The position numbers were made by a program, and so were the translations under genes. The notes under the pieces are model-generated. The model searched no databases and had not been told where the DNA came from. It worked only from the letters and a program-made list of their open reading frames with translations. DNA of 64,000 nucleotides from Azolla caroliniana (lineage: Eukaryota > Plantae > Polypodiophyta): the NCBI GenBank assembly GCA_043228905.1, contig JBHGNT010000005.1:372001-436000 (forward strand), read 5' to 3'. This document shows, piece after piece, positions 35,756 through 48,400 of the stretch. Position 1 is the first letter of the stretch. Each line of letters begins with the position of its first letter.

Positions 35756-37895
35756 TCATCCATCCAAAAGCTTTGGTTTCATTGCCTCCTTTTTTGAGTG
35801 GACTTGCCCCTTGTTTATAACAATCACATCACAAAATTCTGGAGCGTTTTTTGTGACAACTGATGCAATAGGTTGCCCTTTGAAAGCCCTGAAATGTCAT
35901 GTTTTCACACAATACGTTATGGTGGCTTGAAACAGTTTTTCCATTGAAAGAGAAGTTTTTTTAGATGTTCACTACTTTTTTAGTCGACTTCGAGACGAGA
36001 TTCCAAGAACCAACATGGGAATGCATCGTCTGCTTATCTCATCAACAAGTGCCTTCTCCACTACCTCACCCTCTGTACATATCACTTCACACTTTACCTA
36101 AAATACAATAACCAAATGAAATAATCGTCATAATCAGCTTCGAGAAATATGCATGATGTGTTCATTTTGCATGCTCGAACAGAAGACTTTTGCATTATAT
36201 TTCAAATAATTATGCCTAAGTATTCGTTCTATAGATTTGTTCATTGCAATACTGAAGTGACAATAAATTTAACAATACATGGCTGAGGGTTACCATTCAA
36301 TCAAACTTTAGAATAAAATTAACTCAGCGTTGTATTAAGTAAAACACTTTAAACAATGTACATGCATTTCTTGGGGAGACATATTCTCAACTTCGTGGTG
36401 CATGCCTCTTTCTCTTCACACATTTGTTGATATTGATAAAGCAGTTTCTCAGTCTCCACGAAACGTTGTAATTTGCATTTGTTGACCATGTCAGGGCTGG
36501 CTTGTCCAATTGGAATGCTACTGCCCACTGCAATTTTTGTCAAATTTCACAACTAAGAGTGCCGGAAACAAATGAAAACAAAGAAATTACATACAAAGCA
36601 CAATGGGTCAAAATGCCTTGTTACACATTGACGAACTTGAGACGCTAGTTAAAGAAAGCAACAAAGTCATAGGGAAAACAATCTATAATCAAGTGTTATG
36701 TTTGTGGTTGATTAAAAATAGTCCCTATGAAACATTAACTAGAGTAATCATGTTTTGTTCTCTTTTTGAGACTTCTCAAGCTAGGGTTTCAAAAACAATA
36801 GTTTGCCTAGACGAGGCAATGCAAACCAACAAACTATGACCTAAATGCATGATGCCCCAAATAGCACAACTAGTGCAAGTGTCATTTATTCCTTGGATCA
36901 AAAGGGAAGAAACATTGCCAACAAATTAGCAAAACTTATGGCAAGGTAATTGGTAAGCGACTGTTGGAGCCTCACTACACATTTATACTATGTGTGCTCA
37001 CTCATCACGAGACTCTCATAACTCTCATGATCCACAGCAACCATTATTGCATTCACAACAAGGGTGCCTCGTTATAAGACTTATAGCTCTCCTATGTCAA
37101 ATAGCTAGCATCACCTCCCTCCACTTCATATCAATTTTTATTGCACCTCCGGTGGAAAGTTCCAAAACATATATGTCTCATATACCCCCACACCCAATCT
37201 ATCAACGTCCCATAAATTCTCGCCCCCACCCCCAACAAAAAAAAACAACACTCAATAGACCTATCTATCTATCCATAAATAAAGTGAGGTATAAGAGTGA
37301 GACTTTGATCTTGTCCCAGTTCATGTCAACCAATGTTTTTGGACTCAAAAACTCTACTCTGAAACGGTATAGGAGATAAAAAAATACTAGCAAGCCAACA
37401 AAAGCAACACATACGGATATTGTATCCCTAGAGACAAAGAGGGGGGAGAGAGATAGATTTTATTATCATCTTCGGAGGTCAAATATGATGTACGAGACCA
37501 AAATATTATCATGTAAGGAGAAGAGGATTTGAAACGATAACTTCCAAACTTTTTTACCTTACCATTAAGCCTATGTTCATGATATGTAAGAGAGAGAGAG
37601 AGAGAGACTTACATGGGGTGGGGACATAACGGATGGGTGATTGAACATGAAGGAGATGAATAAGGTGGTGGTGGCCATGACCATGGGACACTTCATTTAG
37701 ATTCTCCAATGCCCATCGGAGCGCTTGTGAGCTACTAGAGCTCCTCCCCACAGCCACGGCAACCTCCACTTGTGTCTCTACTTCATTTACTCCTGAAGCC
37801 CATCCATGTTCATCGCCACCATGTCTTCTCTGTCTTTCCACATTACTTGATGATGATGAACATTCCGCCTCTTCTACCACCTCAATCTCTTCCAT
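35756..37895 (-). CDS. Stand-alone universal stress protein (USP) domain protein of the kinase/U-box-associated type, about 219 aa
   Basis: Exons 37895-37613, 36527-36406, 36097-35976 and 35888-35756 (660 nt, in frame). VAVAVGRSSSSSQALRWALENL...LLHV...YVPTP, KLLYQYQQMC, VKCEVICTEGEVVEKALVDEI...LVLG, KNAPEFCDVIVINKG; TGA at 35758-35756. Requires a GC donor at intron 2. Confidence 0.85.
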
Positions 37896-39089
37896 CCTTT
37901 CAGAATTACTCACATCTCTCTCTCTCTCTCTGTCTTGCGCGTCTCCTTCTTTTCCTTTGCCTCCATTGTTTCTGTTCCTCCGGAGAAAGGCATATTTTAA
38001 GAATCTTTTTGGAGTATATTCAAAAAGTATCAAAGTATATTCATTGTCACTATTATTTGGGCTACATCAAAAGTCAATGGTAAAGGTTATTTATTTCCTT
38101 GAACCATTTCAAACAGTGTCTAACCAACATTAACAACCATCACATGATCATAAATGCCATCGTAAAGGCATACATATTTGTGTGAATGTGTATGGACATG
38201 TACACCGATGTTCCAACTACTCTTTATACACACTTCATTTGATCAGCTACAAATACCCATACTATGAAGTCTTTTTTTCTTTGTAGAGTTCGTTGTTAAG
38301 TTCTCACACAAACAATGACTATAGCTTATTATGCCCTCAACATTAGAAAACACCCTGAAAAATTAAAGAGCATAGCCTTCCACAAGTCATGTACTCAATA
38401 GATTACCTCTCTTGCCAGAGTTGTATCCCATTTCTTTAACATTAAAATCAACACTTTGTATAAAGAACCATTTATAAAAAAGAAGAATCATTACAGAGGA
38501 ACCATCCAATGTAAAAGTCAAAATGTTGCAACACTAGAATATCTTTGTACATAAAAGTCTTCTATTGTCAGTGAGTGACCCGTGGTTTTCAATTGATAGG
38601 GCTCATTTGTTGATTTGCATTAAAATTATACCAAGAGGTACTAATAAAAAAGCAAGCCATCCTTTTTGGGATCTTTTCACTTACTTGACACTATGACTAG
38701 TTCATGGAAATGTAAAACTTGCTTTGGTAAAATCCCTGATAAGATTTCCTTAGCAGAAGAAAACATTATTTAGGATGGTACGTAGTGTAATATAAATATC
38801 CCCGCCCGCTCCAATTATCTTGTCATGATAAAACAAAAGAACCTTACATAAACCAAAAGCTTTCAATTTTCAATATACTTCACAACCATCTTGACAAGAA
38901 ATCTATCCAATATATATATTGAGAATGACAGAAAGATATGGCATTGAAGATGATAGAAACAAGTCCCCCCCATAAAAGCATTTCTCCATCCGTCAGTGCC
39001 ATCAAATCTAGGACAGTGTGTTTGTCACATATAGCCATTTGCCCTATATCTATATAAAATTAATCCATTTGTTGATCAAATCTACAACA

Positions 39090-39317
39090 CTAATGTGGTC
39101 TGGCATGCGGTGATGACGATGAAGAATACAATCCATCATGACCATTGATAGATGAGGGAGTGAATGTTAGATCAAGGTTGTGGAGCTGTTCCATAAGTTG
39201 TGAGCGCCTCTCCTTGAAGAAATCCAATCGAGAACTTAACTCTAGAAGAGCCGAAGACGGCATCACTGAATGGCGCTGATACATTATGGAATTCGTCACC
39301 TGACAGGACAAAAATCT

Positions 39318-39404
<87 letters not shown>

Positions 39405-42400
39405 AGTGTGGGTTTCAGGGTTTCTTGCTGTATTTTATATACCTTTTCGTGCTTTAGGGTCACTGTGTTTTAGAGTTTCTGCATTATAGGCTTCTTGCTA
39501 CATTTTAGGGTTTCCTCTTGCTGCATTTTAGGGTTCATGTTGAGTCTTTAGGGATTTAATGTTTCTTTTTGTCTGTCCCTCATAAGGACCACCGAACCCA
39601 TGACAAGGATTGACAAGATTGACCAACATGTAACAAACCTTAAGAAAGAAAGAAGTACGACTACAGGGAATCGAACTTTGCACACTACAATTGAAGAAAA
39701 AGCAGATGAGCCATGAGATACAACTAATTGAGCAGTTTACACGTGTCCCTGAGTCACTAAATGCCACTCCCGATCAAGAAGGGCATTGTGCACCAAGCTT
39801 GTGTATAGCAAAGAAGAAGCAACCCCATTCAGTAAATTTTGGCGAGCGGGAAAAGACATCAATGAAGCTTAAGCACTCATACTACAACCCTAAACCCTTT
39901 TCTCAAAAAGTGGGTCATATAACAAACCCTAAACTCTTAACAGCAAGGCTATTAAATAAAATAAAATAAGAAGAATTGCTTTTCTAAAAAAGTGGATTTA
40001 TTGCAAGGAGAACGCCTTCTATAGGCAGTAGGCACAGCACAAGACAGCAAAGAGAACACTTTATAATAGGTACACCCATTCACAGGACAGCAATGTTGGT
40101 GTTGGAATCTTATCCAAGTACACAATGATTTCAACAGCAAAAAAGAGCTCAAAATAAACCTAGGAATGCTACTCAATGACCAGCTGCCTCCACACTAAGA
40201 AAAGGGCAAGTTAAAGCAGTGGGTTCGTAAGTGTACGAGTCACACCTGCAAGCACAAATGGCACTTTTCTATGATCCTGGTTGCCAAGGATTGACTCACT
40301 CAAACATAAGACATTTGAAGCACTGAGGCAAATGTCAACAACAGAGCACACAGAAGGATCATGGTACTTACAGGTGATGAGATGGTTTACCAACAATGGC
40401 CTCACCATTGAGTACATAACTCCAAAATAATGAACAGAAAAAGGTATTGCGGCAAGATCAATGGCAACTCTTTATCCAAAAAGACCTATTCCCCCAAAGA
40501 GAATTTATGAGCTTCTCAGGGGATGGACTCATATAGAGACTAACGTACATGGACATCTGCATGCCAAATAGTGTTCTCAAAGCATTAGGCCAACTGAGAG
40601 TTTCCTCCGACCAACTAGGTCCTGGAGCAAAACAAACACTTCACATAACTAGAACCAATACATTTTTCAAATTATGTGAAAACAAGATTGAGAGCAAGAT
40701 TAGGACACCGAAATAGATGCCTCCACCACACCAACCAACCCAACACACTAGCCATGCACTTCATGCTTTAACTAACCATCTCCAAATCATTCCACCATAT
40801 GTGTTAAGATCATTATCACGATTCTATTGGAAACCTAGAACTTTCCTTTTTGTTTCAGCATCGATAACATGAATTCATCCATATTGGCAATCGTGATTTT
40901 ATAGGACGATTTGGCCTCTAGTAGATGTTAATATTTCTTTTTCTCAGAGTCTGTAAGGCATAATATTTAGGTTCTGGTTCAAAATAGCATGGGGCTGAAT
41001 CCCACTCTCATCGAGACTTCTATACATTGCTCCCCATGGGTCATGCATGGAGGCCCCCAGTGGACATTTCATCACCATCTCGCTTCTTCATTACTAACAA
41101 CTCTCCCTTTTTTTGATCCCTCATTCACTAAAACGCTAAATGATTTTTGAACATCCCTTGTCTGTGTGTAAATTTTTTCTTTTATTCTGTATCACCAATC
41201 TCCTCCGTTTCTTAGTATTTCATTCACTAGAACACCAAGAAATTTTTGAACGTGTTGGTTTGTAACATTTAGGAGTGACATGAAAAGCATAGGCCATATA
41301 TAACGATTCAGTAATATCAACTCTACATTTTTAAACAAAAAGACAAGCTTAACTACCAGTATTTAGCTTTTATGAGTTGATTAAGACCTTGATCCAATCA
41401 TTAGTACTCTACCAGACATTTCCCTAAATGGAGTAATAGGTCTATGCAATAATCTTAGTGAACTTTGTAAAGATCTCTCTGACAGAATAAAAAGTTAATA
41501 ATTAAAATATTAGCAGTAAAAAGCTAAAAATTAATATTTCAACTCTTGTTATGGCAGGGGTCATATTATCCTAGCTATAAGGAGTACTTTTTTTATTGTT
41601 CTAAAACAACATGAAGGAATCAATAATTCAATAAAAAGACAAGAAAACATTCTGTTAAATTCCAAAGGATTAAAAAATATTTGTCATATGCTCAGACAAC
41701 TTCCTATTTAGTTCATGCATGCTTGATCAATCAATATATACTTGATCCTTACCATGTCTGAGGAAGGGACAGTTATATAGTTTGTCGATGTGTCATATGA
41801 CCTTGGACCATCCATACCATGTCTCCAGGCAAACTGTCTTCCACTCGAAGATGGTCCAGCTGGTAATTGTAGTTGTCTCCAATCACCTGGGGCCACAACC
41901 TCTTGTTGCATTGCTCTTCGACGTAATTCCATCCCTCGTGCCCTCTCTACTTTCAGTGTCTCCTGAATAAAATGTTTGAAGGAATGAAAACATATTCAGT
42001 TTGTTGGTTATAAACAACACATATCGACAAACTATATACGGCTGCAGGTTATAAGCAGCATTAAGATGTGAAAACTTCATTCAGTTGCTCATAAACAACA
42101 GAACTAGAAAAATGGAAAATCTTCAATTCGTTGCTCCAAACATGAAGAAAGATTAGAAATCTTCATTTGGTACTTCAATTTACTGAAAGAAACCTTGGCT
42201 TCTGCTAATGCATTGTGTTGGTGTAATATAGCATGCTCTAGGGTTGTTGATGAGTGTCCTGACCCATTACGGCCTTCAAGCTGAGAAAAATATCAATAAA
42301 TGTAAGTTTAGAATACGTACAGTAATACCTTCATAGCTAGAAAAACAAAAGAAGGGGCTGACAAGACCTCATAAACACAATGATGAAGCTCTAATCAATA

Positions 42401-45400
42401 AATGGCTATGTTAAATAGGCTTAAGAATGAACAAGTATGGAAGCATTTAGTGTTTGGTACAAAACAGAAAGTGAAAAAACAAGAAAACACCAAAACCTAC
42501 AATAGACTTCATTCAAATTTCCCAACCTCATTATTTTTCTGTTTTTCATTGTGACAAAGTGCCAGTGTCCGCTCCATCTCTTGCTGCAAAATTTTCCTGC
42601 AAAGTATACAATAAATCAAATCAGACATTCACTGACAAGTGTTGCCAAACTTTGCCAGCAAAAATAGCAGGGCAGTATAGCAATCAAAACGATCTTAAAT
42701 AAACTGAAATTAGCATTTGGATAAACGGTGTTTCCATACTGTTGAGCTTGGAGATTTTTTACACGTTGATATCTTTCATTTGTCTCTGCTATCGAACCAC
42801 CTTGTTGTTGTCGTTGCTGGGTTAACTGTAAGTGAAGCTCTGTAACTTTCTGTTTTAAACGTGCTACATCAGCTTCAACTATTGCAATCTCCTCTAGTTC
42901 AGCCCTTGTCTAACCTATCAGAAAAAATACACAGTCACTTCACATTATCTTAACAAACTGCACTACATGCAAATCATGCAGTCTAAATATTAATTAACTC
43001 ACAGGCATTCCTTTCTCTTGTTTTAATGCATTATAACATGGAAGAAACGGAATATAATGCCCAAACATGTCAACACCAAAACAAAGGGAAAAGGGAATGC
43101 ATCAACCAAAAATTGCTGAAATAGCTTACATAACTGAGAAAAAGGGCATGCAGTGAACATATAATTGCTTTTTGGGGGGTTGAAAATGGGCATCAGGCAA
43201 TTAAAGAAAAAACCATGGGTATATCAGAGATTTTCCCTTATATCAAAGGCATTCCTAACAAATTGTGTCCTCTCTATGGTTCCATTTCCTTCCAATATTT
43301 ATATGACAACCTTGCTATCAAGAGTTCCTGGCATTTGTGACTGTGAAGAATGAATGCCTAAACCAAGCTCTAAAGTTGCACGCAAGTCTCTCTCTGTCTG
43401 CAACTGTTCTTGTAATCTAACCACCTGCAAAATTCAAATCAGCACAGTTAAAAAGAAAAAGTTTTAAATTGTTACATATGATCCAGACTTTAGCAATAGC
43501 ATTTTTTCTTGTCCCAGTTATAGAGGAAAATGTTTGAGTAATTATGTAAAATATTGACACTGCAATATCATATTATATCTCCAGTTAGAGAGGGAAAATG
43601 TTCAAGAAGTTGGATATGATGCAGGGTTTTTAAAAAACAATTTTCTTTTCCCAGTTTGAGAGAAAATTGTCCGAGCAATTAGATATTATTCAAAGAATGA
43701 AAGAGCATTTTTCCTTTTACTAAAAACTGGGCTTTCAGTAACTTTACATAAATCCCCACCAGAATCACCATGTGGCATAATGCTTAAGGGAATAAAAACT
43801 ACAACTATTGCAAGAACTTGAATATAACTAAAAAAAGATTGCAGTCAGACACCCATCTGTTAGACATCATCACCTACTTTAATACTTGGCAACAGAAAAA
43901 CGATCTATTATAATAATAATTCACAGATTTCCCCAAATCAGTTGTTTACTCAGACTTAGAAACCAGTCGATTCATTACTAATTGACACTTTTACTTTAGT
44001 TTCATAATCTAGATGTAAAGCCTGAGAACCAGAAATACTCCATAAATATCTCTCTAAAGATTGTAGTTCCATGTTTTGCTGCTTTCTTGATGCAGGAAAA
44101 GAGAGATGAGTGGGCAGCAACTAGATATAACCAAACAAGGAGCAACAGGCCTAACTTTCCTTTCTATTGCATCAATGGATATAATGTATCCTTCCTCCAT
44201 TCAGCTCTCTGCTTGTCGCCTCTATTTTTTCAGGAATCCTTCAGCTACCTTTAAATATTCTGGAAACATGATCTTTATAATAAATACTAGATAACAATCT
44301 TAGATTTGTATTCATAGATCACGACTGGTCATGGGGTGAGTCTTGTATGATTTATTTATAATCTCTTCCACACATGTTTCATACATAAGTATGAAATGAA
44401 AATATATCTGTTAAGGGGTTTTACGAAACAATGAATTTTCTTGTGACACTGCACTCACTGTCTGTAGCCAGTAACATACTCTAAGAATCCTATGCAAATG
44501 GCTGCCAGGTGTACATGCACCAAGTTTTCTGATGATGGAACTATGGCATGTCAGGGCCCATTCATAACTATAGTCTCAACGAATTAGAGTTGATCGTTGA
44601 GAGTCTGATCTTCTTTGTCTTTGATGACATCATTTCTTATCACATCATTTCAAAGCAATCATAAAACATGAGCTATTTTTCAAATGTATAAAGCATGCAG
44701 TGATATCTGGATGTATGAAGTTGACATGTCCAATGTGGATTGGGGTAGTAAACACAAACTAGCGTAAACATCAATATGGCTAGACATTAAGATACACATG
44801 GAAACTTTTTGACCATATACAAATAGAAATTTGCATACGAACAATTTATGAATTTGCAATATTCCAGATACTCTTTAAAAAATGCAAACAGACAAATCCA
44901 CATTGTTGAAGCTAAAAACCATGCACCATCCCAAAATTCAAATAGAGAAATTAGATTGCAAACCCACATCCTGTTCTAATGCAATTCGCCGCTCATGGAG
45001 GGCTTGTTTTCGCCTTTCAAGACTTGCTTGTAATGCCGCATTCCCCTTTGCCTGGAAAATAAGCGAAGTTCCATCACATGAAAAAAAAATGATCCACTCT
45101 TTAAGAAACCTTCTTAAAGAGCAGTTTTTCAACCTCTTTCGCAATTTTATTGCAAAGCTCTTCTCGTGCTGCTTCTAGTCTTTGTATCGCAAGCCTGTAA
45201 CAAGAACCACACAAATATTATTCAAACCTTAAAGTGCTGCCAAGATTTCTTGAGATGACTTTCTACGATGATAGAAGCATTATAAGGCTTCATTAGCAAG
45301 GCATGAGAAACACAGTGAATGTCTATACTTTTCCCTTTTAGTGAGAATCTTCACTTTTCTTTTCATGCTTAGATTAGTCATGATAATATCATAAAAATAT

Positions 45401-48400
45401 AATGCTCAAACTTCAAAAAGTGTGATATTCCAAGAAACAAACAGGTGAAGAGTTTATTAAATCACACAAACATAAGGCATAGCAATATCAAAAATAGAAA
45501 GTGACTTGTAAGTGACTCACTCTTCATCTTCTGATGAATCCATCCCACTTGTCCTCTTACTAATCTAATCACAAATCATACAAATAATTAAAAGAGTGGA
45601 GAGGTCCAAAAATATCTTTCATCCAATTATATATATAGTTTAGTTTTAACGAATTATGGCTGCATGCTTACCGATGGAAGGCCCCAAACAGAACCCCATT
45701 TGTTACTAGGGACAGATCTATGAGCCCCTGGCACTAGCTTCTCGCCTATATGACCATTATGGTTTGTTATATTTGGGCTAGCTGACGGTGTTTCTGAATC
45801 TGCCCATGACACTATGCTTTCAGGAACTGGCGTGTTAATCCCATTATCTTGTTGCCTCTCTTCAGATTCCAAACTAATATACTGAGACAGGCCTTTCATC
45901 TTCTTCTTGCGTGATGAGCTAATCGTTAAGTTAGAAGAATCAACCTCAGAGTCACCAGTTTCAAAAACCTTCATTTGAAAGACCAGAGTCCATGTTGGGT
46001 TATATATTATTCAAGCACCATCGAAAAACCGATAAGAATTCATATTGTACATTACATATAGAGCCCAGAAGAACGTATACTCACCTTTATATCGTAGATG
46101 TCACTCTCCTCATTACCACTGCTCTCACTGAAGGTCCTACTAGCAAGCTGATTTGCATTGTCTCCATCGATATGAAGTTCATTGTGATCATCATTATAAC
46201 CCCCATTATGCACTTGTGGGACATCATCATCCGATAGCCCTTCGCTACTACTATCTTCCACATGTGGATATGAATCAAAACTTGTCTGATTTGCATCAAC
46301 AGTACATGCCTAAAAGGAGGAACTTTATAGCGTTATGCCAAACAGCCAAATTTATCAAGAATAATTCACTAGACATAATGATATTTGAATTTTTATACCA
46401 ACTGCGATATAGATATTTCGATGTTCTATGATGGGGGGATTCTGTCATGAAAAACCATCCACCTAATCTATGTAGTGCGAATGATCGTCTTAGGTTTAGG
46501 ATCAAACCAATCGTAACCTAATCATGTGAGTGAATGGCATCATGAAAAAAATAATCACAAGTTATGGCATGTGCTCCTGTTATTAGTTTTGTGCAAATGA
46601 ACCCCCTATTCTTTAGGTTCAAACCCCTAGTTTGTAGGATCAAACCAATCATAACCTAATCATGCAAGTGAATGACAAAATTCTGTAAGGAAACTATTTT
46701 CTCAATAATAATATTGATAATTAGATATTACAAAACTAGATCCTAAGCTAAACATAAATCATTGAAAATATGAATACCTCAAAGATTTTACCATAATCTT
46801 CTAAGAGAGTTGTGATTATGGCTTGAGCGCTATTCGCGGCCGCAGCGGCTGCTAGAAGCTGAGCAGCATTATCTCCACTAATATCTGACTCATCTTCAAG
46901 TCCACATTCACCCGCCAAAAGAGGTCTCAGAAGCAGTGGAGCCATACATGCTGCAACAGCTGATGCTGTCATGCGATTTTCAGAGCTATGGTCGACGACA
47001 GCTCCCATCATTTTAAGCACTCTGGAATATTAAGTAAAAATAATATGCGTATGTTGTTAGCTTCTTTAGAACTCAAAGAAGCATGCAATCTTATTATTCC
47101 TCTCTTGTTTCATGTGTACAAGTTGTGTTGTACAATTCCTATCTGGAGTTTGTCTTTATGATTTATACGTAGCATTTTATAGGAACGAAAAATATAATTT
47201 ATTTTTAGACAATCCTAATTCCTGTTTTTGATCCATTTCAAGATGACTATTTATAGGATATTACTTGAATCTTGTGGTTTGAATGAACGCTATTGGTTTA
47301 AGAGTTCTTGTTCTCAGTAAGTTGACAGTGTAGGAAATATCTAGCCAGAAATGTTTGGAGATTGGCACCTTGGTCAGTAGGACAGGTGATCAAATGACAA
47401 TTAAATGAGATTGTTGAATAATTTCTTGAGTGTAATTCTGTTAAGAGATGATGATGCATTGTGTTGTTTTGTATGTCCTAAAAATCTGAAAGCAAAGCAG
47501 AAATCCAAGATTGGTAATTTCAAATGTGTGCTCCAAGGATCACAAGATGTAATTAATATTTTCTGCCCACCAAAGTGCCAAGATAACATCATCAACATAA
47601 ACTACAAGATTGTTATTAGGTCAATAGATTCAGCCTTAGAACATGACCATTAGATTAAGCCTTGTGCAATGCATGCAAATGCAAAAGAGGAAACCAATGC
47701 ACTGATATATACAACAGTAGTAGATATCATAATTTGCATGTGATGATGTGGATACTATCTATAAATATGTAGGTAAACCATTTGCATATAGCCAATAACC
47801 ATTTGGAGACAGTATACAGCCAATAAAGATTAATGTTGAGACTTTCAATCAAGTGTTTGGAGATGGTAAACAGGTCACCCAAAGATGTCAAAATGGGAAC
47901 CGATGGTTTCTTACTTACCATGGGAAGTTGGAAAGCGTGTTGAACTCTGTAAGGCTTCTATTGGAGCATAATCACAGCAAAAATGCAAAAATGCCATTGG
48001 AATTTTAAGGAATCACGTGATTCTTTTGTTCTGATACGCCATTGTGCAAGTGAATGTAGGGAATGCTAAGTTGTCAGCAGATGCCTCAGAAGTGCAAGAT
48101 CGATCAAAATCATCAGTGCTGAATTCACCCCCCATCCTCCTGGGTACAGAGCTGTCTTTTACTTTTCATCTATTTTCAACTTTGGTCATTGTTATCCATG
48201 AGCAGAATTTTTCAAAAGCCTCAGATTTGTACTTATAAGACTAAAGTAATCTCCAAAAACAAAAAGAGTGAAGAGGATTTGATGCATGAGAAGAGACCGC
48301 TTTCTGAAATAAAATCTAGTGTTGTTTCCCATGCTGGCAAGGTCAAAACAGCAGCAGAGTCAAACATTGAAAATGATGGCTTTGCTGTCACCAATAGTAA

